DNA from: a virus
IMG/VR virus record: IMGVR_UViG_3300045051_000978
Span: 62,922-126,921 of that record
Strand: one strand, 5' to 3'
Length of the DNA stretch: 64,000 nucleotides
Part shown: one piece after another, positions 9,448 through 18,241 of the stretch
Layout: each line of letters starts with the position of its first letter
Position numbering within the stretch: the first letter of the stretch is position 1
Program-made: the position numbers and the translations under genes
The notes under the pieces: model-generated
Database searches by the model: none
Told to the model about the DNA's origin: nothing
The model's input: only the letters and a program-made list of their open reading frames with translations

Positions 9448-10664
9448 AAACTCTCACGCCAGCGCGCAGACGCCAGAAAGGTTTCAGTCGTACCGGAAAT
9501 CCTGGTCGCGCAAATCCAAATCTGGTCGCTGACCCCGGCGATGCTTGCTCCGAGCGAAAGAAAGCCCCTGATCTCTCCCGATGACGAAGGCGAATACCCA
9601 CCGCCTTGCTGATCGTACCCGCTGAGCACGATGAAATTCGGACTGCTTACTGTTGTCGCATTGGTTGGAGTAGCCGATTCAAGCGCACTGTTCGTGACTG
9701 GTACCCACGTCGGCGCTGTACCGGCCAAGGTAGGGTTGAAGCACACCACGTATCGGTACGTGGCCGTAGACGTACACAAAATGTTAAAACTGATCGGTCG
9801 AACAGTTGCGCTTTGATGCGTGGATTTCAGGCGAAGCCCGAGCACTGGATAAAGACTAGTGTCGTTGTTCGTTACCAACCCAGTGATGCCAGTATCAACT
9901 CCGCGCTCAACACCCGTATCGTCAAGACCACCCTCACTGGTTACCGTGCAGCAGATGCAGTCCATGCTCGTAGCTGCTCCGGCTCCCGTGTTGCTAATCT
10001 CGTAGCGCATCGGGAGGTTAGGCGTCGAAGTGTAAACAGACGTTTCAATGTTGGCGTGGTCGATCTGATGCGCGATCAAGATACGACCATCGAGCACGAA
10101 CCCAAGGCGTATGCTGCCAACGCCAAGCCACTCGAAATCGAAGTAGAACAGCTGCGCTTTTGTCAGATCGAGTGTGAAGCCGCTGTAGCCGCCACCGTCG
10201 AGCCTGTCGAGATTCCAACCTGACTGAGGGTATACACGATCAACACCTGCCTTACGAACGACGAACGACAAAGTCGTACCGTCAAGTTGAAGGAAAACAC
10301 CGTTGTTGCTGTCGTACAAACCAGCCCGTTTGATCACGCTAGCCACACCGCCATTGAAATTGAACGTCATGAACGCAGTGTGGCTCTTACCCGGCTGGTA
10401 ATTGAACCGCCGGAAAGTCTGGCGCACACGTGTGCCAGCAGTAGCGTTCGAGACAGCCAGCCGAATGCGAGCGTCGGACTGCAAGTACGTGCTCGAAGTT
10501 CCTGAACCTGAAATTTGCTGATCGTCCCAGAAGAGGGTCGGCATGTCCGCCACGATCAGCTTCGAGTCGAACAGCGTTTTTGGCTCGCTGGTGCGCAGTC
10601 GGCCGAAAGCGTCTCGGTACGCTTGAGCCTCGTTGGGATGCGGATTTGGTTGAAAAAGTCCCAT
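9444..10664 (-). CDS. Putative virion structural protein with a concanavalin-like beta fold
   Basis: RQTFRRFNYQPGKS...FDFEWLGVGSIRLGF motif typical of phage structural proteins; lower GC than the flanks. Confidence 0.65.
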   Translation of the reverse strand: MGLFQPNPHPNEAQAYRDAFGRLRTSEPKTLFDSKLIVADMPTLFWDDQQISGSGTSSTYLQSDARIRLAVSNATAGTRVRQTFRRFNYQPGKSHTAFMTFNFNGGVASVIKRAGLYDSNNGVFLQLDGTTLSFVVRKAGVDRVYPQSGWNLDRLDGGGYSGFTLDLTKAQLFYFDFEWLGVGSIRLGFVLDGRILIAHQIDHANIETSVYTSTPNLPMRYEISNTGAGAATSMDCICCTVTSEGGLDDTGVERGVDTGITGLVTNNDTSLYPVLGLRLKSTHQSATVRPISFNILCTSTATYRYVVCFNPTLAGTAPTWVPVTNSALESATPTNATTVSSPNFIVLSGYDQQGGGYSPSSSGEIRGFLSLGASIAGVSDQIWICATRISGTTETFLASARWRESL

Positions 10665-10667
10665 AGG

Positions 10668-11018
10668 TCACCTGATCAATTTACGTTTGGCAGCCGCAGC
10701 TACAGCCACGAGCGTCTCCGCCATCCTCACGAGCCACGCCTTCTGTGGTGGCGGCAGCTGATCCTCTGGTTTGTTCTTGCTGCGGGCTTTACCGGTCATC
10801 TCCAGCACTACCTCTCGAACCAACGGCTGCACGACGTGTCCGTCTACACGTGGCATACCGTCCGAACGATTGGCCATCACGTAGACAACGCAGTCATGCG
10901 TTACGTTTACAGAATTGTAGCCGGGTCGTCCGGCCACCTGCCGAATGAACTCCCTGATCAATTTCTTGATCTCATCGCGATGCTCACCGACATCGGGTGA
11001 TTCGTAGCGCTGGATCAT
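10668..11018 (-). CDS. Hypothetical protein
   Basis: Coupled ORF in the operon. Confidence 0.5.
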   Translation of the reverse strand: MIQRYESPDVGEHRDEIKKLIREFIRQVAGRPGYNSVNVTHDCVVYVMANRSDGMPRVDGHVVQPLVREVVLEMTGKARSKNKPEDQLPPPQKAWLVRMAETLVAVAAAAKRKLIR

Positions 11019-11557
11019 CGAACGCTGCCGAGGTAAGTTGTCAGTACACCGTTACCGGCGACGTAGGCCGCGCTGATATACTTGCTCGGACCAACCAGCA
11101 CGTGCACGACCGACTCCCTGTCCACCGCTTCCACGTGCCAGTTCACGCCGTCCATGGAGCTGCGCGTCTGCACAGACACCGTCCCGTTTATCAGGTGCTG
11201 CACCGTGTGATATAGGCGACCAGCAACAAGCGCCGCTGGCGAAGCCCCTGGGCCTGTGGCGGCGTTGAAGAGCGTGGTCTCGTAGAGCGTACCCGCACTG
11301 ACGGACAAGGCAATCGCCTCCAACGTAGACTGGCGCAGGACGTTGCCTTCGTCGTCCACAGGCTGAACAGGCACGACGACAGACGCTGCTCCGCGAGGCT
11401 CCGCAGCCGTTCCGAACGGCAGCCGAACTTCAGTTCCAGCCGACTTCAGCTCAACCGCGCCAATGGCGTTGGTACCTGACGAAAAAGTCGCAGTGATCGC
11501 AGACGTTACATCTGGATCACGCACAAAGGTCACCGGTAGACCGCCGCTGTCGATCAT
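11015..11557 (-). CDS. Putative structural protein
   Basis: Beta-rich; TAGGTAG element 6 nt upstream (11564-11570). Confidence 0.55.
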   Translation of the reverse strand: MIDSGGLPVTFVRDPDVTSAITATFSSGTNAIGAVELKSAGTEVRLPFGTAAEPRGAASVVVPVQPVDDEGNVLRQSTLEAIALSVSAGTLYETTLFNAATGPGASPAALVAGRLYHTVQHLINGTVSVQTRSSMDGVNWHVEAVDRESVVHVLVGPSKYISAAYVAGNGVLTTYLGSVR

Positions 11558-11585
11558 CTTGTCCTACCTACCCGTTCTTAGAGGC

Positions 11586-12185
11586 ATGTATTCGCAGAAC
11601 GACGAGGAACGCCACATTGTAGAACACCTTTCCGGAATTGCGCCGGCTGACGGTCGCTTCCTGGACATCGGCGCGTACGACGGCAAAACGCTCAGCAACA
11701 CCTACCGCCTGGTCGAGCTGGGCTGGGGCGGGCTGTGCATCGAGCCATCGCCGTACTGCTTCACCCAGATGCTCAACATTCACCGCGGCAACGAGCGCGT
11801 GCAGCTGCTCAACACTGCCGTGATCCCGGGAGCCCACGCGGCCATTCTACCATTCCACGATTCTCAGGGTGACGCTGTCAGCACCCTGGTGGACTCGCAC
11901 GTGGCCCGCTGGTCCTCCTCGGTCAAATACCGAAGCTTCTTCACCCAGGCCATGCCGTTGCGCGCCGTGTTCGCCCAGTTCGGCGTCAACTACGACTTCA
12001 TCAACCTAGACGTGGAAAGTCTGAACATCGACCTGTTCCGCGAACTGCCGTTCGACCAGCTGACCCGCCTGAAGCTGATCTGCGTCGAACACGACGGCCA
12101 CTACCCGGAGATGCTGACCGAGCTGGCCAAGCACGGTTTCCGCCTGTTGGCGCAGAATGGCGAGAACATCATCGCCGGCCGGTAA
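11586..12185 (+). CDS. FkbM-family SAM-dependent methyltransferase
   Basis: YSQNDEE, FLDIGAYDGKTLSNT, GWGGLCIEP, FINLDVES, LICVEH. Confidence 0.85.
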   Translation: MYSQNDEERHIVEHLSGIAPADGRFLDIGAYDGKTLSNTYRLVELGWGGLCIEPSPYCFTQMLNIHRGNERVQLLNTAVIPGAHAAILPFHDSQGDAVSTLVDSHVARWSSSVKYRSFFTQAMPLRAVFAQFGVNYDFINLDVESLNIDLFRELPFDQLTRLKLICVEHDGHYPEMLTELAKHGFRLLAQNGENIIAGR

Positions 12186-12240
12186 TTACGGTGGAGCCGT
12201 TTGGGCTTGAAAACCGTAAACAATTTGATACCCTGCTGCC

Positions 12241-12723
12241 ATGTCTGAAATCGCGCCCAGCCTCGTCGGTAAGCTCCTGGAGGACGGTGAGCAGCCTAAT
12301 CCCGAACGGGAAGAGCTGCATCGTCCGGAGGACGCAGACAAGTGGGAAGGTGCCTACAGGACCTTCGACGAGCTGTGGGCGCTCAAGCAGAAGCAGATGG
12401 AGCTGTTCCGCGAGCTGGGCGCGTCCATCGCCTACCGGCGGGCTCTGCACAAGGTCGGTCTGGTGCCTGGACAGGTGAAGAATGTCGTGCGCGCCAGTGA
12501 CATCTACGAGACGACGCCCATCACGCCTGGGCACCCGCTCAAGGCCATCCGCTTCAGCTACGCGAAGCGGTATCCGAATGCCCTGGTCGGTGTCGTCACC
12601 AAGGACGACCGACACGTCTACTTCCACGATCCCGTGCCGCGGCAGTACGGCGAGCAGGCACCGACCTACGCCGAGTTCAACGCTAAGCGGCAGGCGGCTC
12701 GGGAACAGGCAGCGGGTTACTAG
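12241..12723 (+). CDS. Hypothetical protein, IVxxLLE-tag family
   Basis: MSEIAPSLVGKLLEDGE; TTGAAA-N16-TACCCT ends 6 nt upstream. Confidence 0.65.
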   Translation: MSEIAPSLVGKLLEDGEQPNPEREELHRPEDADKWEGAYRTFDELWALKQKQMELFRELGASIAYRRALHKVGLVPGQVKNVVRASDIYETTPITPGHPLKAIRFSYAKRYPNALVGVVTKDDRHVYFHDPVPRQYGEQAPTYAEFNAKRQAAREQAAGY

Positions 12724-13561
12724 GCTCAGCGTAGAAAGCCGAGAAGGTGACGGGCAGAATTTCGGACGTGCGCAGCCGCATGTCGTCGGGCAGATGCACG
12801 CGGACGTTTACAAATCCGCGATCCATGAGGTGCTGCCGAATGGTGCGCGCAATGTCGCCGACGTTCTGCCGCGTCATCTTCTGCCGCAGCCTTCGCCCAC
12901 CTGACGCGTGCGTGATGACGCGGGCGCTTACGTTGACGATTCCCTTCCCCTCGTACCAGTTGACGTGCTCGATCTCGTAGACACCTGGCACGACAGCGCG
13001 CAGCTTCGGCAGGAGATCGCCGTGCTCGTTGGGCCACTGAATCTCGTCGGCGATTGAGCCGTCGTCGTCCAGGCTCTCTTGGCGCGAACCAAACTTGCGC
13101 TGCCACTCCTGTTCCTTCCAGAGCCTGCGTTTCTTCGCGATGGACCACCAGTCCCTGTACTTCGGCGGCGCGTACAGCTTGGGCGCGACCCTGAACGAGA
13201 CCATGCCTCGCCCAGGCGCATCACTGAGGTTCACGTAGACCTCCACGACAAAAAGATCGTGGGCCGTCGCGAAGCGCTCTGCACCGCGGCGCAGACGCGT
13301 GCGTAGAGCCGACTGTGATGTCTCGGGCGGAGCCTGTACGTCAACCTGGAGGTAAACGTCCCGGTCATCGTGGCCGAGATCGCGGCTGTCGTGGGCCAGG
13401 TGAAACTTCCAGGGTTGAAGATTGTCGTTGAAGAATTTGACGACCTCTTCTTTTGAAAACGCCGTGGGCGACGCGGCACGAACCAGCTCCTCCGAGTCAA
13501 AGTCATCGGGCGCTCCATCTTCCAGGAGCGCCCGCGCAACCGAACTGGCCGACGAGATCAC
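12683..13561 (-). CDS. Hypothetical two-module protein, IVxxLLE-tag family
   Basis: MISSASSVARALLEDG...DDFDSEEL; internal QESLDDDGSIADEIQ; TAGTTAG 3 nt before the GTG. Confidence 0.7.
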   Translation of the reverse strand: MISSASSVARALLEDGAPDDFDSEELVRAASPTAFSKEEVVKFFNDNLQPWKFHLAHDSRDLGHDDRDVYLQVDVQAPPETSQSALRTRLRRGAERFATAHDLFVVEVYVNLSDAPGRGMVSFRVAPKLYAPPKYRDWWSIAKKRRLWKEQEWQRKFGSRQESLDDDGSIADEIQWPNEHGDLLPKLRAVVPGVYEIEHVNWYEGKGIVNVSARVITHASGGRRLRQKMTRQNVGDIARTIRQHLMDRGFVNVRVHLPDDMRLRTSEILPVTFSAFYAEPSNPLPVPEPPAA

Positions 13562-13914
13562 GCCCTAACTAGCGGCGTCTGCGCGGCCAGCCATGCCTGG
13601 TAGCAGCGTTCCGCGGCCAGCTTGGAATCGTCGCGAGCACTCATCATCTCGCGAGCGCGTTGCTTGGCCTTGAACAGCAATCCTGTCGGGAACCAGTGCG
13701 GCGCGGCAACGCTCAGGCGCTGACGGATCGCCTCGTAGCGTGGCGTATCCACCTCCGCCCGCTGCTTCACAGCGCTGCCTGAGTTCGGGTTGACGGACCG
13801 AAGCCGGTGCTTGTGCGCCCACTTCAGGTCACGGATGTTGGCACTCAGCTGTCTGTACTCGGCGCGCCACTCAGAACGCCACAGCAGGTAATCTTCCTTG
13901 GTCTTGAATTCCAT
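13558..13914 (-). CDS. Helical phage hypothetical protein
   Basis: FKTKEDYLLWRSEWRAEYRQLSANIR; last gene of the pth2-like operon. Confidence 0.65.
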   Translation of the reverse strand: MEFKTKEDYLLWRSEWRAEYRQLSANIRDLKWAHKHRLRSVNPNSGSAVKQRAEVDTPRYEAIRQRLSVAAPHWFPTGLLFKAKQRAREMMSARDDSKLAAERCYQAWLAAQTPLVRA

Positions 13915-13916
13915 AA

Positions 13917-14153
13917 TCAGCGATCAAATACGGGGTTGATGTCAGCCAGTCTGTAAACGTTATCGACGCGCCTGTCGTTCTCCTTCCAGTCCTTGTTGAT
14001 GGACTCGGCGAAGCGACACGCAGCCGCGTCATCCTCGAAGGTCAGCACTTCCGTCTGCGTATCGGTTCGCCGGCAACAGCCGCAGAAGTAGCCGTTGCCA
14101 ACGGTGTAAACAACGAGGTAGGGCACCTACGTGGGTTCAGTCTGTTCGCTCAT
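13917..14153 (-). CDS. Small Cys-motif protein with an in-frame TAG at codon 9 (readthrough candidate; alternative GTG start at 14126)
   Basis: ATG at 14153 is coupled to the pth2 stop: MSEQTEPT-TAG-VPYLVVYTVGNGYFCGCCRR. Confidence 0.5.
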
Positions 14154-14578
14154 GGTATCAGTCGAAGGCGCTTGGTGATGTGTTCCACTTCGTCTCTGGT
14201 GGCCGGGCCAAATCCGAGCGCCGTAACGGTCGGCTCGCCGCCAAAGAAATCGGGGCATCCTGAGTCCACGACCAGGAAATGGGGGATGCCAGAGGAAGCG
14301 CAGAGATCGGCTGCGCGCAGGAGATGAGAGTAGGACGCGGTGAGGGCGACCTTGGTGCCAGGAAGGTCAGCAGCGTACGCACGCGCCACCTCCGGCCGGG
14401 AGGACTGCGAGGACAAAAAAGAGCCCAGGAACGCGTGTCCAGCTTGGCTGGCAGCTTTTCCTGGGGTCATGCCGGCGTCGGAGCGGACGACGGCGTACAG
14501 ACGAAGCGTTGGGTCAGACGACACCTCTTCCGTGAGGATCGGAGGAGGGGTAGAGTTGGAAACCTACGTCGGCTTCAC
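14150..14578 (-). CDS. Peptidyl-tRNA hydrolase, Pth2-like, with an in-frame TAG at codon 5 (alternative GTG start at 14524)
   Basis: LYAVVRSDAGMTPGKAASQAGHA...TKVAL...VDSG...TVTALGFGP; upstream GTG AAG CCG ACG TAG is in frame. Confidence 0.8.
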
Positions 14579-14585
14579 GTGGGAC

Positions 14586-14614
14586 ACTTTTGCTTGAAGC
14601 GTTGAAGGTGTCAA
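14586..14614 (-). promoter_or_regulatory. Sigma70-like promoter of the pth2 operon
   Basis: TTGACA-N17-AAAAGT, 7 nt before the GTG at 14578 (perfect -35, weak -10). Confidence 0.5.
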
Positions 14615-14622
14615 GCGCGAGT

Positions 14623-15030
14623 TCAGAACTGACGGTGAAAAGCTTTGATCAGCTCTTCACCGCCGGCATCCAGTGCCTTCAGGCGCTTGCGCACGCTGTG
14701 CTTCCCACCGTGGTCACGACAGGAGACGTGCCGACCCTGCACGCCGTGGAACACCTCAGCTTGGTAACCGATACTGTCGAGGTAAACGTCCAATCGCCAA
14801 TCGGGCAAGCGCCCAGTGAACACCTGAACGTCTACAGTTCTGACGATTACGAAGCCGGCACCTTTGACGCCACAGAGCTTCAGCTGCCCAGGTTTCACGA
14901 CCTCGACAGATCGAAGATGAAAGGCAGACCCTTCGGAAATGATCACAGGCTGCGTGCCGTTCCGCATGACCGGAGTTGGGCGTGTGAACACAGCCAGCAA
15001 ACCATCACGGACTGCCTTCTCGTGCTTCAT
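14623..15030 (-). CDS. Hypothetical protein
   Basis: ATGA-coupled ORF. Confidence 0.5.
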   Translation of the reverse strand: MKHEKAVRDGLLAVFTRPTPVMRNGTQPVIISEGSAFHLRSVEVVKPGQLKLCGVKGAGFVIVRTVDVQVFTGRLPDWRLDVYLDSIGYQAEVFHGVQGRHVSCRDHGGKHSVRKRLKALDAGGEELIKAFHRQF

Positions 15031-15554
15031 GCCTGGATGGTTGGAGGCGTGGGGCGCTCAGGCGCAGGCTCCGCGGCGGGCGCAGAGACCGCAGACTTCT
15101 TGGGTGGCGCAGACTTCTTGGGTGCCGTCGGTTTGGGCGTAGGCTTCTTGGGTGCCGCGGTCGGCTTCGCCTTGGTCTTCAACGCAGCCTTGGCTTTCCT
15201 GTGTGCCGCCCAGCGCTTCTTGGCTGCCGCGACGATCTTGGCGCGGCCGGCTTCGCTCAAACGGTACGGAGCCTTGCTCGACTGCTTGGGCGCGGCCCCG
15301 TAAACCGTAGACGGCTGCACGACGCGCACCGTCGCGTCGGTGACCAAGCCCATGCGCTGAAGAATGGTGCCGACAGCACCACGACACGTCTGCGCGAACG
15401 GCTGGGCAGGGTCGTACAAATGCCAGATGTGCCACCAGAGGTTCAGATACTTGGGCTTGAGCATCTCGTCGATGGCCCGCACATCGAACTGCATGCACGC
15501 CACAGTCCATCTCTGCATGAACTGCTTGATCTCGGCTTGGGACGGGGTCTTCAT
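15027..15554 (-). CDS. Protein with a basic histone-like C-terminal tail
   Basis: LSEAGRAKIVAAAKKRWAAHRKAK followed by K/P/A-rich APKK repeats. Confidence 0.65.
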   Translation of the reverse strand: MKTPSQAEIKQFMQRWTVACMQFDVRAIDEMLKPKYLNLWWHIWHLYDPAQPFAQTCRGAVGTILQRMGLVTDATVRVVQPSTVYGAAPKQSSKAPYRLSEAGRAKIVAAAKKRWAAHRKAKAALKTKAKPTAAPKKPTPKPTAPKKSAPPKKSAVSAPAAEPAPERPTPPTIQA

Positions 15555-15557
15555 GGA

Positions 15558-15854
15558 TTACTGTCTCGACGCCAACGCCCTTTCGTAGAAGAAAGCACGG
15601 TGCTCCGGAGGAACGCGACAAATCACGACCGTGGGTGAAAGCTGGGTGATCATCGCTTCATACCCGGTGTTCCCGCCTTGGGTAAACCGGACAACCAGCA
15701 GGCGCATCGTGGGCGAAATGCCTTCAAACCCAGAAGCTGTCCCGCCTTTCGGAGCCGGCGGAGGCGGGTTGCACGCCGTCCAGACGAACTCCGTTGCGCG
15801 GGCGCGATCCATCAGATCGCAGACTTGGGCTTGAACTCCCTTGAACAAGGACAC
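15558..15854 (-). CDS. Hypothetical protein, probably leaderless
   Basis: GTG lies 6 nt after a TACAGT -10 element. Confidence 0.55.
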   Translation of the reverse strand: MSLFKGVQAQVCDLMDRARATEFVWTACNPPPPAPKGGTASGFEGISPTMRLLVVRFTQGGNTGYEAMITQLSPTVVICRVPPEHRAFFYERALASRQ

Positions 15855-15860
15855 GGCAGA

Positions 15861-15888
15861 ACTGTATACGATTCTGCCGTTCCGTCAA
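15861..15888 (-). promoter_or_regulatory. Sigma70-like promoter, GTATAC class, with the -10 region inside a 9-bp inverted repeat
   Basis: TTGACG-N16-TACAGT; ACGGCAGAA(15853-61)/TTCTGCCGT(15872-80). Confidence 0.65.
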
Positions 15889-15896
15889 CCGCAATC

Positions 15897-16853
15897 TCAG
15901 CTGTACCCGGCGAACTCGAAACCGTCAGGCAGGCCATCACCGTAGCCGTTCACCTCGTTTACGTGCCGCTCTGGATCGTGCCGGATCGTGATGTATACGC
16001 GGTCCATCTCGCCACGGGGCATCGCCTGTCCAGGCTGAAGCTTGATCTTGGAATTGTCGCAGAAAACCGTGACCGTGTACCCCTTGTAGCCGTAATCGGC
16101 GATCTCGGCAAAATGACGACGCAGGTCCTCGTAGATGCGCTGCATGTCCGACCTGGTGATCCTGCGGTCGAGCGACCGAGGAACCGCGGTGACGCACAGC
16201 TCCTGCGGACCTTTTGACGAACGCCGCCGGTAGACGCTGACGCCGAAGCCCATTCCGCGGAAGACCCGGCGGATTGAAGGGATGTCGATTTGCATGAGCG
16301 GCTCCATGCTCGAAAGCAGCTCGTCGAAATCGTACGCGCTGTCGTCTTCGACGGACTCGCTGATGCTCTGACCGATCTTGCGGAACCTGTCGAGGACCTG
16401 GCCGCGCTCCTGCCAGTCTCTGATTGAGCTTGCCTGCCCGATGACCTCCTCGATCTGCTCCAGGAAGTACCTCAGGCGCGACCCCTCGATGTCAGGTGTT
16501 TTGACGACGAGCTTCGTGTTCGCCTGAGGCGTCGCACGCGGATTGTGCGGGTCATCGCTATCCGTAGACAAAACTGCCCCAAGCCATTCAGTGAGCTGCT
16601 CCCCTGAATCACCGACGCGAGTGCGACGAATCAAAGTGACGACAAGACCGGACCATGTGAACGCGCTCCAATCGCTGCCAATATCCCACGCTGGATCGAG
16701 CTTGAAGAGCTTTCGGTACGGACCTTCGGGTTCGCGCTTGTTGGTCGTGTAGCCGTACTCGCGAAGCGCAGACCTGTAGTCGAGCGCCTCGACCTCGTCG
16801 GTAAAGTCGAAGTCGTCCTCCAACAGCCTGTTTACGATTGCAGCAGCGCGCAC
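15897..16853 (-). CDS. Hypothetical two-module protein, IVxxLLE-tag family
   Basis: MRAAAIVNRLLEDDFDFTDEVEALD; internal ISESVEDDSAYDFDELL; TAGTTAC 3 nt before the GTG. Confidence 0.7.
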   Translation of the reverse strand: MRAAAIVNRLLEDDFDFTDEVEALDYRSALREYGYTTNKREPEGPYRKLFKLDPAWDIGSDWSAFTWSGLVVTLIRRTRVGDSGEQLTEWLGAVLSTDSDDPHNPRATPQANTKLVVKTPDIEGSRLRYFLEQIEEVIGQASSIRDWQERGQVLDRFRKIGQSISESVEDDSAYDFDELLSSMEPLMQIDIPSIRRVFRGMGFGVSVYRRRSSKGPQELCVTAVPRSLDRRITRSDMQRIYEDLRRHFAEIADYGYKGYTVTVFCDNSKIKLQPGQAMPRGEMDRVYITIRHDPERHVNEVNGYGDGLPDGFEFAGYS

Positions 16854-16863
16854 ACCGTAACTA

Positions 16864-17283
16864 TCAACGTGCGCGCAGCTCCATGCACAAAATCAGCTGC
16901 CTGCCGCACTCCGGGCACCAAGCTTGAAACGTCGCTTTCACTTCGTCTTCAGGCTTTGACAGCCGTCGAAAAGCCTTCATGTCGAACGGCACTGTGAACC
17001 GTGAATGGTACGTGTTTTCAGCCGAAAACAGATGGGCGAACCTACCCGATAAAAAGCCCGTCTGGAGGTAACCAACTTGTCCGGCCCCTGGTAGTTTGGC
17101 TGCGATCTTTGCCGCCCTGTCAAACATGAGCGTGTTGTACCGCTCGTTTTCCATCAGCACGACAGCACGCGAGTGCAAGCCCCGCAAATCGTGGTCCAGA
17201 GACCGAGCTGCCGTCTGAAGCAAAGATCGGTACGAAATAGAAGTAAACCAGCTCAGCGTGAGAGCTGTTCTGTTTACACTCAT
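16864..17283 (-). CDS. Hypothetical protein with C-terminal CPEC
   Basis: ORF fills the gap; lower GC. Confidence 0.4.
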   Translation of the reverse strand: MSVNRTALTLSWFTSISYRSLLQTAARSLDHDLRGLHSRAVVLMENERYNTLMFDRAAKIAAKLPGAGQVGYLQTGFLSGRFAHLFSAENTYHSRFTVPFDMKAFRRLSKPEDEVKATFQAWCPECGRQLILCMELRAR

Positions 17284-17351
17284 GAAATTAGGAGTTGAAC
17301 GAAAGCGCCGACAGATGCAGATTACCGGAATAGCGTTCGGTTTGTCTACAG

Positions 17352-17825
17352 ATGAAACTCAAGGTCATCATCAGCGGAGGGCAAACTGGAGCCGACCGCG
17401 CCGGTTTGGATTTTGCACGCGAAAACGGGATGTACCACGGCGGCTTTTGTCCGGCCGGCAGGCGTGCAGAAAACGGACGAATACCAGAACAGTACAAGCT
17501 GATCGAGCTGGACACGGACGACTACGCAGTGCGTACCGGCCTGAACGTGCTCATCAGCGACGCAACCGTGATCGTACACGCCAACCCGATCACGCCTGGA
17601 TCGGCGCTGACGATCCGCTGCTGTGAAGAAGCCAATCGGCCCTACCTGCTGATTCCTGTGAACATGGTTCCTCTGGAAGCAGCTTCAGCCCTCAGGAAAT
17701 GGGTGTGGGCGCGAAATATCCGAGCGCTGAACGTGGCTGGCTCCCGCGAATCGCGCTGCCCAGGCGTCTACGCCTACACGCTCGACATCCTCAATCGAGC
17801 GCACGCGATGGATCAGCCCGAATAG
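17352..17825 (+). CDS. SLOG-superfamily protein (circularly permuted YpsA / 'putative molybdenum carrier')
   Basis: IISGGQTGADRAGLDFA...GGFCP.GRRAENG..P...RTGLNV..SDATV...LNVAGSRES. Confidence 0.85.
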   Translation: MKLKVIISGGQTGADRAGLDFARENGMYHGGFCPAGRRAENGRIPEQYKLIELDTDDYAVRTGLNVLISDATVIVHANPITPGSALTIRCCEEANRPYLLIPVNMVPLEAASALRKWVWARNIRALNVAGSRESRCPGVYAYTLDILNRAHAMDQPE

Positions 17826-17832
17826 TTAGGCC

Positions 17833-18090
17833 GTGAACAGTCTGGTCGCAAAGGTCACAGGCATCAACGAAGCCGCGGAGCACACGGTGGAAGGCTTCAT
17901 CGCCATCGGACCTGACGGCCGGGTGTTCAACGGCAACGGGCAGACCGGAGCCTACGTCGTGCGCAGCGCCAATTACCTCGCCAGGATCGCCTTCCCGGGT
18001 TCTGCCATCGTGCCGGTCAAGCTGACGATCCAGGCTGACCCCTCCATCGACCCCGCAGTCCTGGCTCGCGCCATCGAGAGCATGCGCTAA
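17833..18090 (+). CDS. Small hypothetical late-type protein
   Basis: TAGTTAG (17823-29) 3 nt before the GTG. Confidence 0.6.
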   Translation: MNSLVAKVTGINEAAEHTVEGFIAIGPDGRVFNGNGQTGAYVVRSANYLARIAFPGSAIVPVKLTIQADPSIDPAVLARAIESMR

Positions 18091-18091
18091 A

Positions 18092-18170
18092 ACGCGGACG
18101 CCCTGCGACCGCGCCCAAGAAACGCAGCCGCAGGGCTCCTTGCATGGCACTCAAACTCCCGCTTACGTCC
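18092..18170 (-). ncRNA. Candidate small structured RNA
   Basis: TAGTTAG at 18170-76 with no start codon behind it; long hairpin at 18100-18136 with several G-U pairs that form only on the minus strand; ends in GCGTTTT. Confidence 0.35.
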
Positions 18171-18241
18171 TAACTACGTTGGAGCAAATCGTCAACAATT
18201 TGCTTGCACCACTACTGTTTTCGCGTATGCCCATGCCCTGC

